Shown here in pieces: positions 45,291 to 55,256 of a stretch of 64,000 nucleotides of DNA. The notes below the pieces were generated by a model. The model ran no database searches and was not told the DNA's origin. It saw only the letters and a list, made by a program, of their open reading frames with translations. This DNA comes from Pirellulales bacterium (GTDB taxonomy: Bacteria; Planctomycetota; Planctomycetia; Pirellulales; PALSA-1355): the NCBI GenBank assembly GCA_963733035.1, contig CAVTBU010000006.1:160001-224000 (forward strand), given 5' to 3'. How positions within the stretch are numbered: position 1 is the stretch's first letter; each line of letters opens with the position of its first letter. The position numbers and the translations under genes were made by a program.

Positions 45291-48200
45291 TTATCGGTTG
45301 AACAGGAACGCAGGGCTGTTGATCAGTGCCCACGCAAGATCCTGCGCCGGTCAACCGGACGTTCTTTTGTTGCTCGGCGGCACTCGTGACGGCGTCGCGG
45401 AGGCGAACCCACTGGGTATCGAGCGAGCGGTGATATTCGGTCACCTGGGCTCGCAAGTCCGCTCCACGCTCCTCGGGTTTGATGGCCAGAATCTGCGCAA
45501 TGTTCTCCGGCAGGCTCGATGCGCCCGCGGGCGACGGACTGGCCGAGACTGCGAAGCGAAACTTGCCGATCGTGTGCGTTTCGTCGTACTGATGGTCGAG
45601 CGTGACGACCAATAGCGAGGGCGCATCCAAGTTTAGCGGCTCTTTGAACTCAAACACCGCGGAGTGGTTCTTGCCGAACTCGGGAGCGACAGCCCAGCCC
45701 GTACCGGGGTTTCCGTCGACGGCTCCGGCCACGGCGTAACCCTCCTGCGAGAAATCGGCCATGTTGGCGCCGAACTCGACCGGCTTGGTCTGGCTTGCAT
45801 CGGACGCCGGAGCGATGGTGGCTTTCAATTCCGAAAGCACGAGATTGCCATTGGTGGCGCGTCCCGGACCATGCGCGGGTAGTTTGTCGTCGGCGAGCAG
45901 CTCGAGTCGGAGCCCCGTCAACGGACCGGCCGGCACGGGCAGCGTGACCGTGTAGGTGCCCTTGCCGTTGCTCCCCTCGACGAGCACCGAATGATCCGCC
46001 TGTTTTGCGAAGGTGGCGTTCATGCTGGATTGCATTGCGCCGGGCTTGAGCGTGGTCCAGGTGGGAGCGACTTGGGTCGATTCCCACGCGGCCTGCTTCT
46101 CGTCGAGTTGCTTCTGGTGGGCGTTCAGTTTGCTCTGCAGTTCAAGCACTTCGCCGGCGCTGGCATGCAGGGCCGCAATGCCGGTGGTGATCTCCTCCGG
46201 CTTGGCGGGCCGATTGAGAATCCTGAGGAATAACTCGTTGACCACCTTCGCGTCGTCCGACTCGGCGGCGACAAGTTTGGTGATCGCATTCTCGGGGTTG
46301 GCAATGGCATCGGCGATGGTCGGGCCGTTGACGAGCGTCATCACGGGGCCCAGCATCATGCCGCTCGAGCGTTCACATTCGCACGCGCTTTCACGCGCCG
46401 GCCGTCCGAAGACTTCGAAGAAGCCGCTGGGGAGCGACAGTCCGACGTCGGGAAGTTGTGTGGCCCGATAACCGACTGGTACACCCGGCAAGCTGCTCTG
46501 CGAACCGGTGACTCGCTGGATCGTGTCGTATAGCACTTCGGCCGGCAGGCGGCGGGCCACGGCGTGCGAATAGTTGATCGTGTCGTCTTCATTCCAGCGG
46601 TTCGTCTCAAGCGAAAGCTGATAGGTGCGCGACTTGCAGATCAGCTTCAACACGTGTTGCATGTCGAAACCGCTATCGACAAATTCGCGGGTCAGGTAGT
46701 CGAGCAGTTCCGGATTCGTCGGCGGGTTGCCAGCGCGGATGTCGTCGATCGGTTCGATGATGCCGCGGCCGAACAGATAGCCCCATAGCCGATTGACGTA
46801 GCTTTTGGCGAAGTACTGGTTTTCCTTGGACGTGACCCAGCGGGCCAGTTGTTCGCGGCGCGACGCCTCCTGGCTCACGGCATCCGGGAGTTCATAAGGG
46901 AACTTGGGCGCTGCCGGCTGGCCGGTGCCTCCGTGAGTGACTTCGCCCGAACCGGTGTCGAAAATATCCTCAACCAGTGGGGCGCCACCTTCTACTGCGG
47001 TCTGACCGATGGTCTTGCCGTCGGCGGCGGGGTCGGCCTTGCGACCAACCTGGGCAAAGTACGCGGCCAAATGAAAATACTGCCCCTGCGTCCAGCGTTC
47101 GAAGGGATGATCGTGGCAGTGGTTGCAGTTGAAACGCACGCCAAGGAACAACTGCGTCGTGTTTTCCATCAGCTCTTCGGGCGTGCGAAGCACTTTGTAG
47201 TAGGCTGCCGGTGGATTCTCGAGCGTGGAGCCGCTGGCCGTGAGGATGGTGTACACGAACTTGTCGTACGGCATGTTCTGCGAAACGGCCTGCTTGATCC
47301 AGCCGCGCAGAGCGAATGCGCCTTCCTCGCCCAGGAATTTGCGATTCACCTGCAGCAGGTCGCTCCACTTGTTCGTCCACAACTCGACGTAGTCGCCGCT
47401 GCCCACGAGCTGGTCGACCAGTTCATCGCGTTTGACCTTCGCGTCGCGCTCGTCGGCGACAAAGGCTTGCACCTCGTCAATCGTGGGGGGCAGGCCAACC
47501 AGGTCGAGCGAAACGCGGCGAATGAATTCGGCGTCGGTGCACAACTCGCTTGGCATCGACTTCACTCGCTTGAGTTTGTTGTCGACCAGTTCGTCGACTG
47601 GATTGTTGACCGGCACGTCCTGCCACTCGTAGCCGCTGCGGTCGCCCATAATGGTAAGCGTGCTGGCGGTGTAGGCGCCCTCGAAGCGGGCTAGCACCGG
47701 GGCCTCGCCGCGGCGAATGGCTGTGATCAGTCCCGACTTGTTCGGTTCGGCCACTTCGGTGTTGCCACTCTCGATGAAGGCTTCCAGCGTTACGTCGCGC
47801 ACCGAGCCGTCGCTGTAACTGGCCAGTACGCTCATCTGCTGGGTCATCTCCGGCAGCGGCACGATCGGGTTCTTGGGGAAAATTTCGATCGACGTCACCC
47901 GGGGGCTGTCGAGGTCGAGCTTCAGACCGTCGGCAATCCAGGCGCGGATGGTCTCGTAGTAGGGTTCGCCGGGCTGAGTGAGCACGCCGCCGACGTGCGG
48001 GATGACGCCCGACGGCTTCAGCAGCATCAGGCTTTGATCGGGGGCGGCCCGATTGATGCGCCGGCCGGCCACGTCGTCGGTCAGTGCACGATGATCGAAC
48101 AGCGGGTCGTAACCGCGCAGCGAGAGCTTGAAGCCCCCCTTGCCGGCCAGCGAGCCGTGGCAGGTGCCGGCGTTGCAGCCGAGCTTGGACAGCACGGGCA

Positions 48201-48603
48201 TCACGTCGCGCACGAAGCTCGGCTGGAACTTGGTTGTCTGGCCGGCTACGGTCAGCGGCACGGCAATGGATTTGTCGCCGAGCGAAAAGGTGACTTTTCC
48301 TGCGCCGTCTGTTTTGGGGCGAACCAGTAGCGACGGCGAGACCGAGGCCAGATCATTTTCGACCGTCGACTCGACCATTCGCGTCGCGTCAAGCGAAGAG
48401 CCATCGGACAACTTGGCCGTGATGAGGACCTGCGAGTAGGCGTACTTGTGGTCGAGATTGAGCGCCGCGGGTTGGGCTTCCAACGAAACGACCTGCGCGC
48501 CTGCGGGCAGGTGCTCGGTGGGAGCGGCCACAACGGAACTGCTCACCAGCGACGACATCCCCACGACCAGAACGATTGCCAGCCAGTTTCGCTTCATACC
48601 CAT
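45291..48603 (-). CDS. DUF1549/DUF1553 (PSCyt2/PSD1) planctomycete cytochrome c-type protein with Ig-like domains (frameshift at ~45345)
   Basis: Signal peptide; CNAGTCH, GFKLSLRG, CNHCHDHPF, ACECERS; canonical end (A)QDLAWALINSPAFLFNR* in the shifted frame. Confidence 0.92.
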
Positions 48604-48660
48604 GATCTTCCTTATATTGCCCGAGGGCGGTTAGTCCTGGATTGCCTGGGAGCAAGGGTG

Positions 48661-50091
48661 TCACTTGTTGGCGGCCACTTCGGCCGAGCCGAGCGGCACG
48701 GGCGAAAACTCCTTGATGAGCTTGCCGCTGGCGGCGTCGTTGAGCCGCACCATGCCATCAAAGCCGGCTGACGCCACGACGTTGCCGGCTGTGTTGAAGC
48801 AGACGGCATAAATGCCGCCGTGTTGTGCTTCCATCTTCGCCAGCAGCTTGCCGCTGTCGGTTTCGTAGACGCGCACTTCGCCGCTGCCGTCGAGGCTGCT
48901 GCCAACCACGAAGCGGCTGCCGTCGGTATTGAATCGCACGTCGTAGATTCGCCCGGGAGCTGCTTCGTAGGCTTTGATCAGGTTAAAGTCGTCGCCGATC
49001 TTGCGGTCCTTGGTTCGCAGCATCTGGTAGGTTTTTGGCACGCCGTCGGCCCCGCCAATCAGCAACTCGTCCTTCTGCGGGTGGCGATCGACGGCGTTCA
49101 AGCCCCCTTTAAGGGCGCCGGGCGTGATGCTCGTGATGTTATCGACGAACCGCTGGGTGGCCACCTCGACGAGCTTCATCGAGCGGTCACGGCTCACCGA
49201 GATCAGGTAGTTGCCTTCCTTCGAGAAGACCGTGTCGAGCACCCAGTCGTTGTGAGCGCCCTGGTAGAGCACCTGCTTGCCGGTGGCGGCATCGACCGCC
49301 CGCAAGGTGTTGTCGGCGCAGCCGAAGGCGATCTTGGTTCCGTCAGACGACCAACTGGCGCCGTAGATCGTGTCGTAGGTGACGGGTAAGGCGTATTTCA
49401 ATGCGTGCGTGTCGACGTCCCATACTTGCAACTCACCCAGCCGGCCGGGCGATCCGCCGGCCACCGCCAGCAGCTTGCCGTCCGGCGAGAAGGCAACCGC
49501 TTCGATCCGCTCGGCCTGGCCAACCAGGCGGGCGACCAGTCCGGAACCGTCTGCCTTGTGTAGCAGCGTTTCGTGGTAGCCGCTGACGGCCAGCAGTGTG
49601 TCGTCGGGTGAGAAGTCCAAGGCCGTCAGTACCGGCGGCGCTTCGTAGACCGGCGGATGTTCGGCGTCTATCGTGTCGCGCACCGATGCGGGCGTATCGT
49701 CAACCGCTCCCTCGGCGATCCACTGGGTGATCTTCTTGACGTCGGTGTCGGCCAGCGGAGGTTTGTCCTTGGGCATCGAAGCCTTGCCCTCGGCCGGCGT
49801 GATCTGTTCGATCAGATAGCTTTCGTCCGGCTTGCCCGGAACGATGGCGGCCAGTTCGCTTTCGCCCCCTTTGAGCAGCCCGTCGCGATTGGTCATCACG
49901 TAGTCGCCTTCCGCCTTGGCTGGCTGGTGGCAGCCCTGGCAATTCGCTTGCAACAGCGGGCGGACATCGCGGAAGTAGCTGACCTTGCCACCGGCAGCCG
50001 CGGGCTTGGCATCCTCCGCCGAGGCAGAGCCAATGGCGCTGAGGCAACAAGCCGAAAAGAGGAGCGCCGCACGTGCAACGGATCGGGTCAT
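48661..50091 (-). CDS. Planctomycete cytochrome c (PSCyt1) plus WD40-repeat protein
   Basis: Signal peptide; RDVRPLLQANCQGCH...MP...WIAEGA; WD40 repeats (AVAFSPDG, AHNDWVLD, ASAGFDGMVRL). Confidence 0.92.
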   Translation of the reverse strand: MTRSVARAALLFSACCLSAIGSASAEDAKPAAAGGKVSYFRDVRPLLQANCQGCHQPAKAEGDYVMTNRDGLLKGGESELAAIVPGKPDESYLIEQITPAEGKASMPKDKPPLADTDVKKITQWIAEGAVDDTPASVRDTIDAEHPPVYEAPPVLTALDFSPDDTLLAVSGYHETLLHKADGSGLVARLVGQAERIEAVAFSPDGKLLAVAGGSPGRLGELQVWDVDTHALKYALPVTYDTIYGASWSSDGTKIAFGCADNTLRAVDAATGKQVLYQGAHNDWVLDTVFSKEGNYLISVSRDRSMKLVEVATQRFVDNITSITPGALKGGLNAVDRHPQKDELLIGGADGVPKTYQMLRTKDRKIGDDFNLIKAYEAAPGRIYDVRFNTDGSRFVVGSSLDGSGEVRVYETDSGKLLAKMEAQHGGIYAVCFNTAGNVVASAGFDGMVRLNDAASGKLIKEFSPVPLGSAEVAANK

Positions 50092-50253
50092 AAAAGCACC
50101 CAGGTCGAGCCGGAGGTTGGAGGTTCAGGCGGGGGAGGGCGCGTGGAAACACCCAGGATCCGAATATACACACCCCAGGGGCCGGTTGGCAAGAAAATGG
50201 GTAGTGGGTCAGTCTAATCCAGGATTCTCGGAAATAGCTTCCCAGGTCGTGAT

Positions 50254-50463
50254 TTACCGGCGTATCGAGTTGCCTATGACTGCTCCGCCGATCATCAGCA
50301 CGACAAATTGCACTAAACTGGCAAGCACTGCCGCAACGATGGTCAGTTCACTATAGGATGACGCCCATCGCACTAAAAGCATGCCGGCGGAGAGCCCCAG
50401 AATCATGCCCAATGCAGCACCAGCCGATTCGAAAACTGCATTGCTCTTGGGGGGCTTGCTCAT
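50254..50463 (-). CDS. Small membrane protein
   Basis: 69 aa with two hydrophobic segments. Confidence 0.55.
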   Translation of the reverse strand: MSKPPKSNAVFESAGAALGMILGLSAGMLLVRWASSYSELTIVAAVLASLVQFVVLMIGGAVIGNSIRR

Positions 50464-50563
50464 ACGGCCAGTATAGCCGGGGAGAGAGCGGGTCTTCTAC
50501 AAAGAAGGCTTACGAAGAGTCTTTGCTTTGCGTGTTGATCGCAAGTGACGCAGGCAATTCAAA

Positions 50564-50887
50564 CTAACCCTTGCACTTCTTGCAGTTCAATTGCTCGTCG
50601 GGGATCAGCAGGTCTTCCAGCACGCGGCCGCCGAGGATGGTTTCTTCGATGATTCGCGGTACGTCGTCGGGCGTGACGTGGCCGTACCAGATCGCTTGTG
50701 GGTAGATAACCACGGTGGGGCCAAGGTCGCACTGGTCGAGGCAGCCGGCCGAGTTGGCCCGCACCAGGGGCGTGAGGCCGCGCCGCTTGAGTTCCTTTTT
50801 GAACGTGCTGCGGAGCTTCTCCTTGCCGTCGCGGTCACAACTGCCGGATTTGCAACAGACGAAGATATGGCTCGTGAACTTCGGCAT
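50564..50887 (-). CDS. Thioredoxin-like [2Fe-2S] ferredoxin
   Basis: HIFVCC...C...AGCLDQCDLGPTVVIYP..IWY. Confidence 0.9.
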   Translation of the reverse strand: MPKFTSHIFVCCKSGSCDRDGKEKLRSTFKKELKRRGLTPLVRANSAGCLDQCDLGPTVVIYPQAIWYGHVTPDDVPRIIEETILGGRVLEDLLIPDEQLNCKKCKG

Positions 50888-50916
50888 CGGTTGCGGGTGC
50901 CCTTAGAGGTGAAAAC

Positions 50917-51180
50917 TCACGATGGAGCGAGCGCCGGCCACTGTGGATCGAATTTGATCATCGGCGGTGCGTTCGACTGGGGCGAGATCGGGGCGGCTCG
51001 GCCGGCCGGTGCGAACGGCGGAAACCCAAGCGACATGAAATGCTCGTGCACTTGCCGCTGCCGCCTGCTGGCTTGCTGGTGCTGCACGCAAACCGCGATC
51101 ACGAGCGTCAGCCAGGTGATCGCGGCCAACAGGGTGCGTAGTCGAAACTGGTGCCGTCGGGTGGCCTTGCGGTGCGTCAT
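50917..51180 (-). CDS. Small planctomycete-type membrane protein
   Basis: QFRLRTLLAAITWLTLVIAV resembles the common planctomycete N-terminal 'FSLRTLL' anchor; start uncertain. Confidence 0.55.
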   Translation of the reverse strand: MTHRKATRRHQFRLRTLLAAITWLTLVIAVCVQHQQASRRQRQVHEHFMSLGFPPFAPAGRAAPISPQSNAPPMIKFDPQWPALAPS

Positions 51181-51287
51181 ATGCACCATCATACCGCCCC
51201 GGTCCAGCTGAGACTGGTCCAGATAGACCACCCGATGGGTCCCGGCGTGGGCAGGGATTCAAACCTCCCAGGCCGCGATGTTCGTTT

Positions 51288-51851
51288 TCACAAATGCGCA
51301 TGGCGACCGACAAGCTTCACCGTGCTCGCCTGAGGGCCCTTTTCGCCCAGTTCCTCGACATAGGTCACTTCGGTTCCCACGACAAGTCGGGCAAACTCGC
51401 CGTTGACCAGGCTATTGGCATGGAAGTAAATCTCCCGACCGTCGGGCGTGAGGATGAAGCCGTAGTGGCTGCCGGCAAACAGTCGCGCGACGCGGGCATG
51501 AGGAAGCGGCTGATGATGCTTAACCCGCGCCTTGCGCTGGCGAACGAAGTCTTCCAATTGCCGGGCCGCGGCATCGAAGGCATGTGCCAGGGCGACGTTC
51601 AGATCTGCGTGTTCCGGCTGTTGAGAGGGTTCGCGGTTGACGACGATTTCGCGTCCCGGAACCGTCAGATCGATTCGGACCTGGTACAGGTTGCCGGTTG
51701 CGTGCTGCCGATGCGGCATGTCGAGCACCACGCGGCAGGCAACGATCCGATCGTAGAGACTCTCGAGACGGGCCAGATGCTGTTCGACGTTTTTGGCGGT
51801 TTTGTTGGAATGGGGCACACTGCGAAACGCGATTTGCAGCGGAGTTTGCAT
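51288..51851 (-). CDS. HPF/RaiA (S30EA) domain fused to a cold-shock domain
   Basis: MQTPLQIAFR...IVACRVVL...VRIDLTVPG...AFDAAARQL; YGFILTPDGREIYFH...GEKGPQAS. Confidence 0.9.
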   Translation of the reverse strand: MQTPLQIAFRSVPHSNKTAKNVEQHLARLESLYDRIVACRVVLDMPHRQHATGNLYQVRIDLTVPGREIVVNREPSQQPEHADLNVALAHAFDAAARQLEDFVRQRKARVKHHQPLPHARVARLFAGSHYGFILTPDGREIYFHANSLVNGEFARLVVGTEVTYVEELGEKGPQASTVKLVGRHAHL

Positions 51852-52043
51852 GACGGCTCCTGAACAGGGCGCGATGGGAAGTAGCCGGGGCGAGAATTGA
51901 TCGCGGCCAAAGCCCCGCAAGCGCGCCCCGCTACGGATCTCGCGGCAATGGCGAGACCACCTTATATTCTAGGGCAGCCGCACGGCGGATAGCGGCCCGG
52001 TTGTTCAACTCGCTCTGGCTTGAGAAACGAAAGGGGGAGAACC

Positions 52044-52625
52044 GTGGCGGTTACACCGAAGATACTGGCCTTTGCCGGCAGCACCCGGCGAGGGTCCTGG
52101 AACCGCAGCTTGATTCGGATCGCCGCGGCCGGCGCCCGGGAGGCAGGGGCCGAAGTCACGCTGATCGAGTTGGAGGACTATTCGCTGCCGCTGTTCAACC
52201 AGGATGATGAAGCGGCCAAGGGTCTGCCGCCCGCGGGCCGCAAGCTGAAGGATCTGTTCCTTTCGCATCAGGGATTGTTGATTGCTTCGCCCGAGTACAA
52301 CAGTTCGGTCACGGCCCTGCTCAAGAACACGATCGACTGGGTCTCGCGCCCCGTGGAAGGACAACCCCCGTTGGCCGAGTTTGCCGACAAGTCCGCCGTC
52401 ATCATGAGCGCGTCGCCCGGAAGCCTGGGAGGCCTGCGTGGGCTGGTTCACTTGCGGGCCATCCTGGGGAACATTGGCGTGATCGTTCTGCCGGCCACGC
52501 TTTCGATTTCGGGCGCCCATCAGGCGTTTGCCGACGACGAAACCCTGGTCGACCCGAAACAGCATGCACGTGCTGGCAGCCTGGGGGCCACGCTGGCAAA
52601 ATACCTGGCCCGGCTCGGCAGCTGA
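52044..52625 (+). CDS. NAD(P)H-dependent FMN reductase (ChrR/SsuE-like)
   Basis: FAGSTRRGSWN, ASPEYNSS..LLKNTIDWVSR, SASPGSLGGLRG. Confidence 0.93.
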   Translation: MAVTPKILAFAGSTRRGSWNRSLIRIAAAGAREAGAEVTLIELEDYSLPLFNQDDEAAKGLPPAGRKLKDLFLSHQGLLIASPEYNSSVTALLKNTIDWVSRPVEGQPPLAEFADKSAVIMSASPGSLGGLRGLVHLRAILGNIGVIVLPATLSISGAHQAFADDETLVDPKQHARAGSLGATLAKYLARLGS

Positions 52626-52743
52626 GCCGCTTTACGGCGGTGTGTACTTGCTTCAACCGACTTGGCGGATGAAAATACATCCCGGCTGGCCGCGCTCATC
52701 AGTTTCCGCGCGCGAAAGCGAATTTGCCGAAGGACGATCACCC

Positions 52744-53363
52744 GTGTTCGACGCCGACGCTTCCCTCTCGGACACCGATTTGATGGCCCGCGTGCAACGC
52801 GGCGAGACGGAATTGTTCGCCCAACTCGTCGCGCGTTACGAGGCGCCGTTGCGCCGGTGGCGCGCAGTCGGCTGGGACGTGCGGACTGGGCGGACGACGT
52901 CGTGCAGGAGACGTTTTTGGCGGCGTTCAAGTCGCGAAGGACGTACGACGCACGTTTCAGCTTTCGCACCTGGATGTGGACGATTTTGCTTCGTCAGTGC
53001 CACGGGCACTATCAACGCCGGCAGCGCAGCATTTTGGTCGAGCCTCACTGGCCCGAAGATCACGAGCTTGCCAAGAACAGTGGAGCCGACGGCACGCCGC
53101 TTGCTCAACTGTTGGCGAAGGAGCGGTCGGCGCAGCTTGAGCTGCTGCTCAAGCAACTGCCGCTTTCGCAGGCCGACGCTCTCCGGCTACGTTTTTTTGG
53201 GGAACTGAAATTTCACGAAATCGCCGATGCCATGCAGTGCAGTCTGAACACGGCCAAGAACCGCGTTCGCTCGGGGCTGATACGCATGGCGGAGCTACTT
53301 GAGTCGACCAGCCTGTCTGGAGTGCGGGGTGGGTCGCATCAGCAGGAGTCTGCCGAGTCATGA
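52744..53363 (+). CDS. ECF-type RNA polymerase sigma factor (frameshift at ~52858)
   Basis: DTDLMARV...FAQLVARY; ADDVVQETFL, FRTWMWTI (region 2); LPLSQADALRLRFF.ELKFHEIA...TAKNRV (region 4); start approximate. Confidence 0.9.
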
Positions 53364-54070
53364 ATTGTGATCAGGTTTTCGACATCCTTACCCGCGGCCC
53401 GTTTCCCACCGGCACCTCGTGCGACGTTCACGTTGAGGCTCATTTGAGCGAGTGCCCCGAGTGTCACCGTCTTGCCGAGGCATTGCGGCCGGCGGTGGAG
53501 TTGTTTCAAGAAGCCGTGGATCCGGAGGAGAGCCGCGACCTGCCGGGATATTGGTGCGCCGTTTCCACCGAGCGGCAGAGTCCCGCGCTGTCGTATGCGC
53601 GCGAAGTCGAGTCCCATGCAGTTGCGCCACAAGTGGAGACCAATGCACCGGCGCGGCATTTGTCGGCGCTGAACATGTGGCGCATGGCCGCCATGTTGGC
53701 GATTGGCATCACGACCGGAACGCTGTTGGCCACGGGCGGCTTGAACGGCTACTGGCCGCCCAAGAGCCTCAGCGGGGCGCTCGCGCCCGCCGCGCCCAAT
53801 GACCAAACGCCGCGCGTGACGCGCGCCGATTGGATGGAGTTGGCCTCGTTGCCGGCGGCCTGTTATCGGCACAAGCCCGACCGCACCGCTCGATATCGGT
53901 TGCGAGACGATCAGTTGCTGGCCAGCGCAAACTTGGAGAACCTTAGTTGTTGCTCGGGCTGCCACAATGCGGCGTCCGATAAGGTGCCCAGTTCGGCAAC
54001 GGTGAAAGTCTCGCGTAGTTGTCAGCATTGTCACGCGGAAGCGACCGAGCACCTGATCTCCGCCCGCTAG
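53360..54070 (+). CDS. Anti-sigma factor: ZAS/zf-HC2 domain, TM helix, C-terminal domain with two CxxCH motifs
   Basis: MNC...HLSECPEC (HxxxCxxC); TM MAAMLAIGITTGTLLA; CSGCH and CQHCH; ATGA overlap with the sigma gene stop. Confidence 0.85.
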   Translation: MNCDQVFDILTRGPFPTGTSCDVHVEAHLSECPECHRLAEALRPAVELFQEAVDPEESRDLPGYWCAVSTERQSPALSYAREVESHAVAPQVETNAPARHLSALNMWRMAAMLAIGITTGTLLATGGLNGYWPPKSLSGALAPAAPNDQTPRVTRADWMELASLPAACYRHKPDRTARYRLRDDQLLASANLENLSCCSGCHNAASDKVPSSATVKVSRSCQHCHAEATEHLISAR

Positions 54071-54246
54071 CCGTCCTGCCTTGCGAGTCGGCATTTCGCC
54101 CGCGTTCTGGCGAGGGCAGCATTTACAGCCGCGCGTCGTGTAGCCACACTGGTAGCTCGCTCGGCGGCCGTGCATCGGTTGGCACCGGCGCGAGCGATAC
54201 GACACTTTGAGATTTGCTTCCTAAGAAGAAACGCGGGAGACACACC

Positions 54247-54912
54247 ATGAAGAAATTGTTCACACCAGCGGCCATGCTATTGGCGATCGCAGCGCTGGCC
54301 GTATCGACCAGTTCGGCTCTGGCCGATGATGAAGGAGCGGGCTGGATCAGCTTATTCGACGGCAAGTCCCTCAGGGGCTGGCAAGCCAACGAAAACTCCC
54401 AGCAGTGGAAGGTCGAAGACGGCAAGATCGTGGCCTCCGGCCCGCGCAGCCACCTGTTTTACGTTGGCGATGATCCCGACCATCCGCCGCAGTTCGAGAG
54501 TTTCCACTTCAAGGCCGACGTAATGACCACGCCAGGTAGCAACTCGGGCATCTATTTCCATACCGATTGGAACGAGGAAAAGAAGCACCACCGATTCCCG
54601 CAGACCGGCTTTGAGGCGCAGGTCAACAATTCGCACACCGACCCAGTGCGGACGGCCAGCATCTACCACCTGAAGAAGAACTTTGTGCCGCCGGCCAAGG
54701 ACAACGAGTGGTTTACCGAGGAGATTGTCGTCGACGCCAAGCAGAAGACGATCAAAACATACGTGAACGGCAAGCTGATCGAGGAGTATCACGAGCCGCC
54801 AGGCAAGACCGGTGCGCTGGAAGTCCTCGGCAAGGGAACATTCGCCTTCCAAGCCCACGACCCCAAGAGCACGACGTACTACAAGAATATTCGCGTCAAG
54901 AAGTTGGATTAG
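54247..54912 (+). CDS. DUF1080 (3-keto-disaccharide hydrolase-like) secreted protein
   Basis: Signal peptide; GWISLFDGKSLRGW, NSGIYFH, FEAQV, AFQAHD...YKNIRVK. Confidence 0.9.
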   Translation: MKKLFTPAAMLLAIAALAVSTSSALADDEGAGWISLFDGKSLRGWQANENSQQWKVEDGKIVASGPRSHLFYVGDDPDHPPQFESFHFKADVMTTPGSNSGIYFHTDWNEEKKHHRFPQTGFEAQVNNSHTDPVRTASIYHLKKNFVPPAKDNEWFTEEIVVDAKQKTIKTYVNGKLIEEYHEPPGKTGALEVLGKGTFAFQAHDPKSTTYYKNIRVKKLD

Positions 54913-55256
54913 CGTGCAGTTCGCCAGCGCAATTCGTGCTCTTCTTTATCTTCTGATTCAGCCCAGGGGTTGCAGCGGGCCGGGTCCCAGGCGGTGCCAT
55001 GGTCCATTGTCGTCTGCCAGGAAACACCTCGGTTGGCGGCTCGCATTCTTACCGGATTGCGTGGCCGAAAATGTGCCTTGCCGGCGGAAAACCCAGACCA
55101 GGGCAGGACGTTTTCCCGGGCTTTTCCTTGCAAAGGGAAAACTGGGTAAGTAGCATGTGTTTCTTGTTATAATGCATTATGCGCGGGGTTGGCTAAAGGT
55201 TTGCCAGCCCTGGTTTTTCGGCAGAGATTCCCCGCAGAGAAGAAGAGTCGTTCGCC

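Noticed and set aside
45046..48603. The 1185-aa ORF as a genuine DUF1553-PEP-CTERM fusion
   Set aside because: The canonical DLAWALINSPAFLFNR* ending sits intact in the adjacent frame. The fusion depends on a 2-nt loss in a GCGC context and is kept only as an alternative in the findings.
51240..51285. tRNA-like T-loop (minus strand GGTTTGAATCCC)
   Set aside because: The T-stem does not pair properly and there is no acceptor stem, anticodon arm or CCA.
53453..53467. Third heme motif CPECH in the anti-sigma factor
   Set aside because: It is part of the cytoplasmic HxxxCxxC zinc site before the TM helix, so heme c attachment is unlikely.
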